64,000 nt of DNA from positions 168,268,001 through 168,332,000 of the forward strand of contig NC_042997.1 in NCBI RefSeq assembly GCF_006345805.1, in the 5' to 3' direction. A model generated the notes under the pieces. It was not told the DNA's origin and searched no databases. It was given only the letters and a program-made list of their open reading frames with translations. Position numbers and translations under genes: made by a program. Below, one piece after another: positions 51,945 through 64,000 of the stretch. The stretch comes from Octopus sinensis. Taxonomy: Eukaryota. How positions within the stretch are numbered: position 1 is the first letter of the stretch; each line of letters begins with the position of its first letter.

Positions 51945-52480
51945 AAATGAGAGAAATCGATTACTTCTACCTTTTCAGGACGACTAAAGACTAAATCAGG
52001 TATCAGTTTGGAACCTCCTATAATATAAGAAGGCTCCACACTGACACCTCAATTGTAGTCTACAGCTTCCTTCACTACCAGATTACAGATTTTATTGTGT
52101 CTGGCAAGCTGTGGCCCTATAAGAGAGCCACAAACTCCACTGACATGAAAGATCATCTCCACTCCTACTCTACACCTTGGACACATGGAGTCCCCTTGGC
52201 CTCCACATGTCAAGGTCTCTCAGGTGGGAAAAACATTGGAGCGCATCTTGAGAAGACTCAAGAAGCACCTCTCTGTAATCTCACCCAGTCTACTTATTCA
52301 ACTATTGCCAATTGCATCCCCACGAAATGCCGCCGCACACGCCGCCCCATGCACCGGTTGGGCTGCCCATCTACGGGAGTGCACCAGCCGAAAGTCAGGG
52401 TCATATTCGGTAGCATCAGCAGGAGGCAACAGCAAATCAAAGGATGCTATCAATTGCTGATTCTGTTCGGCTAATCCTGC
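51945..52480 (-). mobile_element. R2/NeSL-like retrotransposon C-terminal fragment (zinc knuckle and REL)
   Basis: My translation: LKMRSNVFPT*...CPRCRVGVEMIFHVSGVC...ARHNKIC...VEP...LIPDLVF...EVID, with in-frame stops. Confidence 0.75.
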
Positions 52481-52619
52481 AGAATCCGCAATCTTTTCAA
52501 TGGAGGCGTAACTTGACGTCAGTAGATGAAGATTATGGCAGATGACATACTTGGGGGATCAGCCTCACCATCTGGTGAAGACTTAACCTGCCATCACATT
52601 GGCTGCTATACAAGAAGCA

Positions 52620-53300
52620 AGAAGATGTGGTTTCTGGGAGATGAAGTATCCACCTAGCTCATACACGGATAACTGTGTCATTTGGAACTTGAAAAAAGTC
52701 TTGCATATTTTTACTGATCCACTCATAGATTATATTTGTAATGTACGAATCAGCCGGTCAATTTCTCTTTTTGAAAATCCCAGTTTATCCAGATTTTCCT
52801 TGAAGCATTTACTAACAAAACCTAGTGCTCCAATTATTATTGATATGAATATGAATTCATAGTCTGGATATAGAAGCTCGAGGTTTCGAAGCAGTTCTCC
52901 ATAGATATCTTCTTTTTCTTTAATTTTCAAAGAGATAATTATATCTGCAGAACAGCTGACATCTATGATGGTACCCTCTTTTGCCCTTCTGTCCCAACCA
53001 GCAATATCTAGCCTGTTATAATTACATTTGACAGAAGTTTTGATGAGAATATTCAACCAGTATTCGTTGAGTTGGTGTTTATGAATGTATTCCATAACAG
53101 AGGGATTTTCTAAGTTTATTTCAGGACAGTCTTTTTTTTGAATGGCATTGTAAATTGTTTTAGCAACAACATTGTGCCACATAGAGAGGTAGTGCTGTAA
53201 CAACATTTTAGGACAACTGCTAATCATATACATAATGTCATCACAGAAACATGACATAGCCTATATATGCGGATGCACCTTGGGATTACAAGAATGTCAC
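52620..53300 (-). mobile_element. R4/Dong-like retrotransposon C-terminal fragment
   Basis: ORF 52730-53257: ISSC...WHNVVAKTIY...LDIAGWDR...IIDVSC...KEKEDIYGEL...IIIGALG. Confidence 0.75.
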
Positions 53301-53351
53301 AGTCTCTCTTATTTACCAGGTACTTTATGGCAATCTCCTGTTCTTGGATTG

Positions 53352-53486
53352 CATGTATATGTATGTATGTATGTGTGCGTGCGTGCGTGTATGTATGTAT
53401 GTATGTATGTATGTATGTATGTATGTATGTATGTATGTATGTATGTATGTATGTATGTATGTATGTATGTATGTATGTATGTATGC
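53352..53486. repeat. (TGTA)n microsatellite
   Basis: Long, near-perfect tetranucleotide run. Confidence 0.97.
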
Positions 53487-54364
53487 ATGTATTGTTATTG
53501 GTTAGTCTGAAGCTACGGTAAAGGCACTTGCTCAAAGCACTCGCATAGTAACCAAAACCCAAAACTATACGGTTGTGAGGCAAACTTCTTAACTTCGCAG
53601 ACGTATATATCCTCATGGAACCATAAAATATTTGCCAATAATATACTGGAATTAATCATTCAATCAAACTACAATTTCTTTTATTTACAAAAATTTTAGA
53701 AATCAATATTCACTCACATATTCTCTAAAAGACTAATACAACGATGGTTTGGGGAGTTATTGATGATGTTAGATTTTCACCAGTTGTAATCGGTGTGAGT
53801 GCTTTATCTTAAATTCCATAATGAAAATTCCTCAGTTGCTGGATTACCTCTGAATTTACTGCTCTTACCATTTTCCCCCCTTTGTTTCACTCTGAATATA
53901 ATATGAAATCTCACACATTTTTCCTCTTTTCATAGCTGAGCATTATTGCAAATATATATCTTTATATTTTATTTTATCTTTATTAATCATATAATGTGGT
54001 AAAGATTATCTAGTTATATGATTTGTAACTGAAATCCCTTGAGGCTTTAATCTGAAACTGGTATATTTAATTAATTCGAACATGACAACTTAATATGATA
54101 AGAGCCGAACAAAGCTTAAAAACAGATTTGATATAATATGATATTCTGAAAAGAACAAAATACAGAATAATGAACTAGAAACAATGCTGCTCCTGAGTTT
54201 GTGATTGACTGGGATTTTTGGAATCGATGCTAATAAATATAATACATGTGTGTGTGTGTGTCTGCATGTGTGTGTGTTGTGTTATGTTTGAGCATGTGTG
54301 CATGCTTGTGCGGTGTGTGTGTGTTTGTGTGGTATGTGGGTGTGTAAATGTATGAATATACAGA

Positions 54365-54484
54365 TATCATCATCATTGTCATCGTCATCGTCATGATCAT
54401 CGTCATGATCATCGTCATGATCATCGTCATGATCATCATCATCGTCATCATCATCATCATCATCATCACCATCATCATCACCAC

Positions 54485-54515
<31 letters not shown>

Positions 54516-54590
54516 GTCATCATCATCATCATCGTCGTCATCATCATCATCATCGTCATCATCATCGTCGTCGTCATCATCATCATCATA
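54365..54590. repeat. Long imperfect (CAT)n trinucleotide tract
   Basis: About 225 bp of CAT/CGT/GAT variants. It explains the spurious poly-D, poly-M and poly-I ORFs. Confidence 0.97.
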
Positions 54591-55996
54591 TGTATGCATG
54601 TCATTAACTGTTAGAGAGATTATGAATAAGTACGTAATGCAAAATAGAAGCTGTTAGAAATTCAAAAGGAGTAAATTTTCCTTTTTTATTTCTTTCTCTC
54701 TTTTCTCTCTCTCTTTTTTTTCTGGACTTTGTGGGTACTAAATCAGCTAAGCATGTAGCCTTACTAATGAAGCTGACCTTCAGGCAGTAAATTATGCCTT
54801 GTGGATTTTGAGTTAGAGTTGCAGAGAAGTAGAGATGTTTGATTTAGACTACAAGCTGAAACATAGATGGTTTGTATATCCTGTTAATAATACTGCTGCA
54901 TGCTTATCGATAAGACCAATTTAATTGTTAAATGACCTAACCTGACTAACTGTAAACACATACTACAATGCAGGAATGCAGTAGAGCTGATAAAAATTTT
55001 GCTAAATTGAAGTGATAGGTTTAGCTTCTCGAGAGATAATTTACATAAGAACAGGTCCATCAAATTAACTTGTCCCAGATGCTATATATCATCATCCTCA
55101 TCGTCATCATTGTCATCGTCGTCGTCACCATCATCATCATCAGCTGCAGCAGCAGCATTTAACGTCCATTTTCAATGCTGATATGGGTTGGACAGTTGAC
55201 AGGAACTGGTAAGGCTAGGGACCACACAAGGTTCCTTAGTCTGTTTTGGTTTGGTTTTTTTTTATGGCTGGATGCCCTTCCTAATGCCATCCACTCCACA
55301 GAGTGTACTGGGTGCTTTTTATGTAGCACTATCATAGGTGCCTTTTAAGTGGCACTAGCACCAATGCTTCTTATGTGGTAACTTGGTTTTACAATCTCAA
55401 TTCTGTTGTGGTGGGTTGATCTTCTCAAGTACAGCAATGTTCCACATATCTCAGTCCTCTGTCATCTTTTTTGTAAGGTTCAGTGTTTTGAGATTGGCCT
55501 TGAATACTTCATCCCATATCTTTCTGGGTCTCCATCTTCCACAACTTCCCTCCACTTTAAGTGATCTGTTCTTCTTTATGCAGCTGTTCTTATCCATGCA
55601 CATCACAAGACCAAACCAGTGCAGTCTCCTCTCTTGTGCATTACATCTAATCCCTCTTATACCCAACTTCTCCCTCAACACACCAATACTCAGTCACACA
55701 TGCACACTAACATTGCACATCCAGCAGAGCGTACCAACATACCTATATATTACGTAGGAAATAATCTTGCTCACTAAAGGTTCTGAAATTCTATAATAGG
55801 GTTAAGACTAGGAATTGAGTAGATTTACAAATCAAAGCTTGAGAATGATGCTTGTTGCAACAATCTCCAAGACATCTCTGTCATTAGCAGTCCAATGAGA
55901 TGACTGGGCACAGCTGTTCGTATGCTGACATTTTGGCATGGATGACTGAACATTCATCCTGTTTTTAATGACTGTATGTTTTGGTGCTGGAGGCAA

Positions 55997-56047
<51 letters not shown>

Positions 56048-56194
56048 GTATACACACATGTGTATGCAGATATATACATATATAGATAGAGAGGAGAGAG
56101 AGAAGGAGAGAGAGAAGGAGAGAAGAGAAGGAGAGAGATATTACACATACATAGAAACATACCAAGATGCTCACAAATATAAACAAGGAAATAA

Positions 56195-56222
56195 ACTGAT
56201 AGATAGATAGAGATAGAGAGAT

Positions 56223-56276
<54 letters not shown>
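56195..56276. repeat. (GATA)/(GA)n microsatellite
   Basis: Read directly from the sequence. Confidence 0.95.
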
Positions 56277-56279
<3 letters not shown>

Positions 56280-58559
56280 GAGAAATATTAACCCTTTAGC
56301 ATTCAGATTACTCTGTCAAATGTAATGCTTCTTTGTTCACATTGTTTTGAATTATTCATGCATTATCTTGTAGCTTTGAGATTTCAATAATGTGATTGTT
56401 AATTTTTAGAATGACATTGCAAGGGAGGTGTGAGAGGTTAGACCTGGCCTGTTTGAACAGGTTAGACTTGGCCAGTTAAAATGCTAAAGGGTTGAAATGT
56501 TTGATGTCTAATAAGTCCACTTTGAATCAGTGATGCTCAATAGGCAGTGCCAAAGCAGTTGTGCCAAAACGTCAGATACCCCATCAGCAAAACCTCTTTG
56601 CACAAGAGTTGACTCTGATTTCATGAAGAAAACTTGAAAATTAACAACAAATTGTAAGGCTGAATTTAAGAATAGGTGAAGAAAGTTGAATTTTATAAAT
56701 TTACACTTGCTAAAGGGATTTCTAAATTTATAAACAAAATAAAGGTATTTCTAAACCCACTGTTAAATAATGGTATCTAAACTTATAGTCAAATAAAGGA
56801 GATAATGAATTTGAAATCAAATTGAGAGTAAAGAAAAGTTATGGGTGTAATAAGCTGTGGTTCTTAAATGGTGCATCCTGGTAAAGTGATACATTGTGAG
56901 TAACTAGGTATAATACAGTTTTTAAAATCGTTTAATGTCCGCTTTCCATGCTAGCATGGGTTGGACGATTGACTGAGGGCTGGCGAACCAGATGGCTGCA
57001 CCAGGCCTCAATCTTGATCTGGTAGAGTTTCTACAGCTGGATGCCCTTCCTAACACCAACCACTCTAAGAGTGTAGTGGGTGCTTTTACGTGCCACCAGC
57101 ACGGGGCCAGTCAGGTGGTACTGGCAACGACCTCGCTCAAATCCTTTACACATGCCACCGGCACAGGCGCCAGTAAGGCGATGCTGGTAATGATCACGCT
57201 TAAATGGTGTCTTTTACGTGCCACCGGCACGGAGGCCAGAGAGCCGCTCTGGCAATGGTCACGCTCGGATGGTGCTCTTAATACCCTACTAGCACGGGGC
57301 TCGAGTGCCTATAGTTTTAGGCTTTCAAAAATCTATACTAATGATTGAACATCATACACTATGTCTTCTTCCTAATTTTGTTACATATAATTATGATTAA
57401 CAAAACAAGGCAAGTAATTACATTTATATTTTAAAATTTTTTAACTTCAAAACATAGCCTTTTTTTTAATTTGTATGTATGCCAGCAATTATTTATTTGA
57501 TCTTCAATGTGTCATGAAGTCAAAATAGTTGAGATCCGCAGGTATAAATAGAATAAAATCATTTGTTAAAAGTACTTGGATGTTGAAGGCTAGAATATAG
57601 TTATATATAATTTTTCTGGTTTTAGTCATTAGACTTCAGTCTTACTGGGAGCACTACTTACAGTAGAGCTTAAAAATCTAGAAACTGGAGACTGAAATTT
57701 CTATATAAGGTGTTGAGTAAGAGAAGTAACACACATTTATTTAAGATAGTGAAAATTGAAGTTTGATTAGAGATGGGTTAAAGAAAAAGTAGTTTGTATC
57801 TTGAGGAAAGGCTATGTTAATTGTTGGAGAAAGTGTGTGTTTGAATTATTTGAATTTAAGAAATTAAAGATGTAATTAGTTAAGGTTGTTTACTGGTTTT
57901 GAATTCTGGCACAAGGCCAGCAATTCTGGCACAAGGCCAGCAATTCTGGCACAAGGCCAGCAATTCTGGGGGAGGACAAGTCGATTGAATTGGTCCCAGT
58001 GTTCAACTGGTAGTTATTTTATCAACCCTAAAAGGATGGAAGGCAAAGTCAATGCCAGTAGCATTTGAACTCAGAACATCAAGTCAGAAGAAATGCCGCT
58101 AAGCATTTTTACAATGTGAAAGTGATTCTGTCAGCATGCTATCTTGTTAAGGCTGTTTATTGAAACTTAGGGAATTGAAGATGAATTTTTGAAGATTAGC
58201 AAAAATAAAGAAATAAATTACAATTTGAGAAGGTAAACATTTTTAAGGCTTATATGAAAAATGACTAGATACAAAATGCATAAATAAAAACATATTTAAT
58301 CAAATATCATGTTTAGGGTACACATATAAAATAGAAAATAAAAAATAAGTTGTAATATGAAATAGGGAGATATATTTATATGAAAATTGGTAAATGCAAA
58401 TATTAAAGTTGCGTTATTGAACAGAAGTAGTTAAAAAATAGTTGTTAGAAATGTGTTTTTGAAACAGAAAATATATAAGTTCAAATTTTGAGGATAACTC
58501 CTGAGAAAACGAAATGGTTAATTGTGTTCAGTATGTCCTTAGGCAGAAGAAAACTTGAT

Positions 58560-58900
58560 AGTTGCACCTCCACATCACACCTATGTAGGTGTTCTCTTGT
58601 GACACAGGGCCAGGAGGACATGACATTGGTCAAGACTAACATAGCAAGTATGCAAATGACCAGAGCAATATCAAGACTAGTTCTCAACATCTCCTTTTGA
58701 AAGGAATCTATGTTGGTTAGCCTGGGAACCATGAAACATCCCAGGAGTAGGAAACTGATTTTAACCTGAGCAGATGGATCTCTTGAGCATGGGAAGCGTT
58801 ACGATCATCTGAAGGAAGGAACCCTGATAGGAAACCAACACCATTTCAAGTTTTGAAGGTTGAGCATTGGAAAAATCACCCGATACAGGAAAGAATCTTC
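58560..58900 (-). mobile_element. Possible further R4-like 3' relic
   Basis: Weak motifs (PSDDRN; MVPRL...FQKEMLRTS) resembling the R4 C-terminus. Confidence 0.3.
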
Positions 58901-59031
58901 TGATTACAGACACTCAGAAGAATTTGCAACACATTGGCGAGGCAGTGGTTCCTAATTTGGAAACAGCAGGAAGCATGATATGCTTGAATGAATCTGGAAT
59001 TAGGTGCAAGTCACAGCCATCGATGGGTAGT

Positions 59032-59087
<56 letters not shown>

Positions 59088-59255
59088 AGAGAGAGAGAGA
59101 GAGAGTGGAAGCCTCATGTGCTTCCTGACATGAAGTAGTAACTAGAAGAAATTATGCAAGAAGGTTTATAAATAGATAAAAACTACAGATGTTGGGTTTA
59201 TATTTTTTTAAAGGAGGAAGATTTATGATCAGTAGTTTTCGTAAATATAACAAAA

Positions 59256-60306
59256 TCTCTATATATATAAAACTGAGAATGTGTGTCTGTCTGTCTGTCT
59301 GCCTGTCTTTCTGTGTGTTTCCCTAAAACTTGAGAACTACACAACCAATTTCATTCAAATTTTACACATGCCTTACTTAGGGTCCGGGGAGTGTCATCGG
59401 CACAAAAAAAATGTTCAACTTCTTGCCTAGAGCGAGCCCATAGCAATATCATATCTTCTCCACTATTTCAGTATTACGTGTTAAAAGTGAAACAAAAACA
59501 TTTCTCTATTTTATGTCAGATACTTTCCCTTTAACAATAAAAATAATAATAACAATTGAATTATATGTAGTAAGTAATAATTAAAATCAAACTAAAGTAT
59601 AATATAATCACAACATAACAAAAGTAAAAATAGCAATTGGTATAAAATTGCATCAATGACTTGAACTTGAATAAGTGGTTTCACATGAATGGGAATAAAT
59701 TAAACCTAAAATTAGCGTGCAGAAATGGAATAGTCCAGATGGATAATAAAAAATTAAATTAAAGAAAAGACTATTGTCTATAAAGTATACAATGTAGACA
59801 AAAAAGGAGATTTGAACACCTGGAGGAAAGCACCATCAAAAAGTGTCTTGGTGTGACTATGAAAGATATCTAACCAGAGGCAGTAAATTCGCCACAATAG
59901 AAGCAAGGTTTGAGTCAACGGAGCGTGCAAGGGAGTACTCGACTCGAACTTGCAAAGTGGAAATATTTTATTTTTACCTTTATATCTGGGATGTAGGACG
60001 TGCCGGATAAAAATTTAAAATACCACCCCCACCCAGAAGTTGAGGTAGGCTGGATTGTAGCCACACTTCTATACAAGAGGGAGGACAAGATACAATTGAT
60101 CGAAATTGCATGAGACGGGCTTACAATTCCAGTCTGTTTTATATTTTGAGTATTGTTATCACTAGCGATATCAAGACATAACTTTGTATTTTGTATTTTA
60201 TGTGTGGATGTATATATATAGATGTACATGTAATATGTACACATATATATACACATATATACATGCACTAGCACTATGACCCGGCAACAACGGGTCATAA
60301 TACTAG
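59256..60306 (+). mobile_element. Non-autonomous Helitron
   Basis: 5' TCTCTATATATATAAAAC with (TGTC)n; 3' hairpin gacccggcaacaacgggtc followed by CTAG|T. Confidence 0.75.
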
Positions 60307-60875
60307 TATTATATAAAAAGTGAGTTGAAGATATAACGGAAGGGCATAAACAATTGGTAATGATTTATAAATAGTTTCAAGTTATGATGAGAAGACAAAC
60401 ATCTTCGAGGTGGGTGCTATAAAGATAGGAAACTAAAAATATAACACAAGTCAGTTATCAAAAAAAAAGTGAAGGAGTAATAAATTATGAATAATTACAT
60501 GGAAAAAGATAATATGGAATGTAATATGAGAGTACTTAACTGTAGTGGGAAATCATGACATAGAGGATTTAATATTGTTAGAATATGATAACAGCAGTTA
60601 AGTAGTACAAGGTAATATGTGCATATAATTAATGTGTTTAATAAGTAATTATCGTGGCTGTGCAATTATGAAGTTTGTTTCTCAATCACATAGTTTCAAT
60701 TCAGTCCTACTGTGTGGCACTGTAGGCAAGTATTTTCTACTATAGACTCAGGCTAACTGAAACTTTGAGTCTTGTAAGTGGATTTGGTACATGGAAATTG
60801 AAAGAAGCCCATTGTGTGATTGTGTGTGTGTGTGTGCATATATATGAATATATACATATACATACATATATATAC

Positions 60876-60934
<59 letters not shown>

Positions 60935-61032
60935 TCAGCAAAATTTAGATTCAGATGAATATGGTACTTAAGTTAAAGGCACCAGAATTTGGTATGGTAT
61001 TATCCAAATAAATCAAATGGGGTGATTATAAC

Positions 61033-61190
61033 CAAAATAAGCAACAAGAATATCCAAGGTAGTGTAGCACAATCGTTTCATGCTACTTCATTTTATTAAA
61101 CAATGATGTAATACTTACATTGTTTAATAAAATGAAGTAGCATGAAACGATTCTACGACACTACCTTGGATATCCTTGTTGCTTATTTTG
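61033..61190. repeat. 158-bp fold-back palindrome of the family seen at 63731
   Basis: 73-bp arms with about 4 mismatches and a 12-nt loop. The arm matches 63731-63805. Confidence 0.85.
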
Positions 61191-61229
61191 AAGTATATAT
61201 ATATATATATATACACACATATATATATA

Positions 61230-61610
61230 TGGTGGTTGTCTACTCCTTATGCAGAGTCTGACCACCTCCTGTACTTATACCTAAGATCCATCGTGGTGTC
61301 TGATGTGGATTTTCAAACCAGACAATATATTGAAAAGACACCCACATAGATTACATATCTGATTTGGATCATCATGTGCTGCAGTTAAGTTCTGATCTTT
61401 GTGGACCATAAAATGTCTCTTGAGGCCTCCGATAGATTTGCAGACCTTATGACATACATGGCATTGAAAGCTGTGCACAGATATATAGGCAGAGTAGTTG
61501 GTGGAGGTTTGTTTTTCCTGGGTCAGCAAATAAGATTTGAGCCCAGTAAAAGAAAGGCATGGTCTGTCACAGACTGTGCACACAAAAAGGTTGCTGAGAT
61601 TCACTTTCAC
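61230..61610 (-). mobile_element. LINE-like 3' end encoding three degenerate C2H2-type fingers
   Basis: CTVCDRPCLSFTGLKSY, CHVCHKVCKSIGGLKRHFMVH, CNLCGCLFNILSGLKIHIRHH; the CxxCxRxCxSxxGLxSH pattern is typical of RTE C-termini. No good splice acceptor. Confidence 0.55.
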
Positions 61611-62169
61611 ATTGATTGCAACACACACATGTACATACATACATATATGTATATAGATGTATGTATATGTATATATCATCATCATTATTGGCATTGTTGT
61701 TGTCATCATCGTCAATGTTGTCACTGTCATTTAATGTCCCTTTTTCCATGCTGGCATGAGTTGGACAGTTCAATATAAATTGATGAGCCAAGGGACTGCA
61801 TCAAGCCCCAATGCCTGCTTCAACATGCTTTTTCACTGCAGGATACCCTTCCTAATGCTGACCACTTCACTTTACTTTTTCTGTTGAATATATGTATGTA
61901 AGTATGTGTGTGTGTATTTTTGTGTCTCCTAGTCTTGACATCACATGATTGTCGTAAATGATTAGCATTCGTTTCCAATATTCTGCAAAATTATGTCAGG
62001 CCATGGAGAAAGACTACTCTGCTTGGAATGAGAGAAGGGTTGATGACAGGAAAGAAAAGCTATCTCAGTGTAGAAAAATCTACTTCAATAAACTCCATCT
62101 AAAAAGGTGAATGTTCAAAACGATGATGGTGATGATGATGGTAACTACTTATCTCTTCTCTTTTATTTT

Positions 62170-62860
62170 AATTTATCTAATTTTACACACGTGGAGCTAT
62201 TATGGGCTCAAATTATCTCAAAACATGAATGGTTTTCAGTTAGATACATTTAAAAAAAATATCACTGACAATTTTAAAGAATTAGACCTAAGAATTACGA
62301 TGAACATACTGAAGTATTGTTTACCTCTTAGAAATTATTTTCATTGAAACATTAGTAGTCACTGGCCCTTTAGGAAACCCACGGAAAATCTAATAAATGT
62401 TAATGTACCAAGTACTTTCAATGTCCAACCCATGTCAAATAATTTGGTTTATAAATTTTGAACCAAATTATTTGACCATGCTTAGACAATGAAGGCATGT
62501 GTGGCACTGTATTCACTTTTATAAATTGATGACCCTTGCTAGACGCAAGCTATACAGAAATGGAACTAAAACCTGTAGATTATGTAAAGATGAGAAAAAA
62601 AATCTTCTAATTGTGAACCATAATAAAGCTGTTCATTATTTAATTGTAAGATCAGAGATTTTCAATTAGTCTAGACACTTTAAATAAGATGACCCTTGCT
62701 AGATGCAAGCTATATAGAAACGGAACTAAAACCTGTAGATTATATAAAGTTGAGAAAAAAAATCTTCTAATTGTGAACCATAATAAAGCTGTTCATTATT
62801 TAATTGTAAGATCAGAGATTTTCAATTAGTCTGGACACTTGGGAATTAGTCTAGACAATG
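62170..62860 (+). mobile_element. Penelope-like RT/GIY-YIG relic with a ~161-bp tandem duplication of its 3' part
   Basis: Relics GAIMGSNY/KKNITDNFKELDLRIT and LARRKLYRNGTKTCRLCKDEK...RSEIFN*SRH. Units at about 62525-62685 and 62686-62840. Confidence 0.6.
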
Positions 62861-63665
62861 GAAATATACATAACCATTTGACTGAATATAATCAATGCAG
62901 TTACTTACCACAAAAACTAGCACATTCTCATAATCATTCTTTTCTTTATGACCTCTAATTAAAATTTTTTTCATTCTACTACTTTCAGACTTAAATACCA
63001 ATCTTATCGTGTCATTATTCTTCACTATATTATCTAAGTTACTCTTTTAATATCATACTAATTAGGGCGGTGAGCTGGCAGAATCGTTAGCACACTGGCT
63101 GAAATGCTTAGCGGTATTTTGTCTATTGTTACATTCTAAGTTCAACTTCTGCTGAAGTCAACTTTGCCTTTCATCTTTTTGGGGTCGATTAAATAAGTAC
63201 CAGTTATGCACTGGGGTCGATGTAATCAACCTAATCCCTTTGTCCTTGTTTGCACCCTCTATGTTTAGCCCCCTGTGGGCAATAAAGAAATAAATATCAT
63301 ACTGATTTAACTTGTTCCTTTTCATTTTTATAAGGATATATCTTATTACATACATACAAACACATGACTCTTTTTTTAAATATCTAATTATTTCAACATG
63401 ACCTTAGTTAACCCAAACAATTTATGACAAGAAATTCATAATGAACAAGCTCAAACAATTTATAACTGACAAGTAGCTACTAAAAAAATTTATTACATTT
63501 TTGCAATGGCACAGCTGACATGGCCATTTCAAACTAGTTTTCATCACCAGTACCAGGTTTTGTCTCTGTTGTTACCATAGTTGCATTATGAAACTTTAAA
63601 TCTTATACAAGCATAGCACTATGATGATATATATATGTATGTATATTCACACACACACACACACA

Positions 63666-63720
<55 letters not shown>

Positions 63721-63760
63721 TTATATATATCAAAATAAGCAACAAGGATATCCAGAGGTA

Positions 63761-63850
63761 ATGCAGTACGATCGTTTCATGCAACTCCATTTAATTGAAC
63801 AATGCAATCATTATATCAATTTAAAATGCAGAGCAATCTTCAGCTGCACA
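63761..63850 (-). ncRNA. Putative type I hammerhead of a third repeat family
   Basis: Minus strand reads tgtgcag CTGAAGA ttgc...gcat GAAAC GATC GTA ctgca: stem I tgcag/ctgca, palindromic stem III ACGATCGT, long imperfect stem II. The first stem II pair is U-U, which is non-canonical. Confidence 0.62.
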
Positions 63851-64000
63851 ATGACATAGAATTTAATTAAATTAGAACAGATGGACACATTAGTATACCT
63901 AAAATCTCCAAGAAGTTAAGGAGATAGACAAAGGACATGCTGTTTCACTCCAGCATAGAAGTTACTAAGTTTTCAAGAAGATAAACATTGTTACAGACTC

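Noticed and set aside
54230-54614. Poly-Asp, poly-Met and poly-Ile ORFs
   Set aside because: Translations of a (CAT)n microsatellite.
57901-57970. Three perfect 20-bp direct repeats (aattctggcacaaggccagc)
   Set aside because: Contiguous slippage duplication within a SINE, with no spacers; not CRISPR-like.
63934-64000. Second GAAACAGCATGTC half-hammerhead on the minus strand
   Set aside because: No CUGANGA core or stem I partner inside the window, and the sequence is truncated at 64000.

Overview
AT-rich, microsatellite- and repeat-dense metazoan genomic DNA. The SINE families, the (TA)n/(CA)n/(CAT)n tracts and the overall composition point to a coleoid cephalopod, most likely Octopus; this is an inference and no database search was run. 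One host gene is present: six + strand coding exons of NAT9 (N-acetyltransferase 9, GNAT family) at 12472-33046. They splice in frame through GT-AG junctions; the first coding exon was not found and probably lies upstream of the window. The rest is transposon-derived: tRNA-headed and RTE-tailed SINEs, RTE and CR1/L2-like LINE fragments, three restriction-like-endonuclease retroelement fragments, Penelope-like fragments, Helitrons (one carrying an internally deleted Gypsy element), two solo LTRs, Mariner, Tc1 and hAT relics, piggyBac-like MITEs and an 804-bp palindromic MITE. The most striking object lies in a NAT9 intron at 14707-16499. It is a nearly homogeneous array of a ~474-nt non-coding, highly structured monomer, and each monomer carries a type I hammerhead ribozyme (CUGAUGA core, extended stem II, palindromic stem III, GUA cleavage site). 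About 2.1 monomers in one orientation are joined head-to-head to about 1.7 monomers in the other, inside a (TA)n tract. This matches a non-LTR retrozyme (circular RNA mobilised by Penelope-like elements). Three further hammerhead-like motifs from unrelated repeat families (10282-10342, 45831-45917, 63761-63850) and two fold-back hairpins made of hammerhead 3' halves show a similar pattern of inverted insertion, mostly next to TA tracts.
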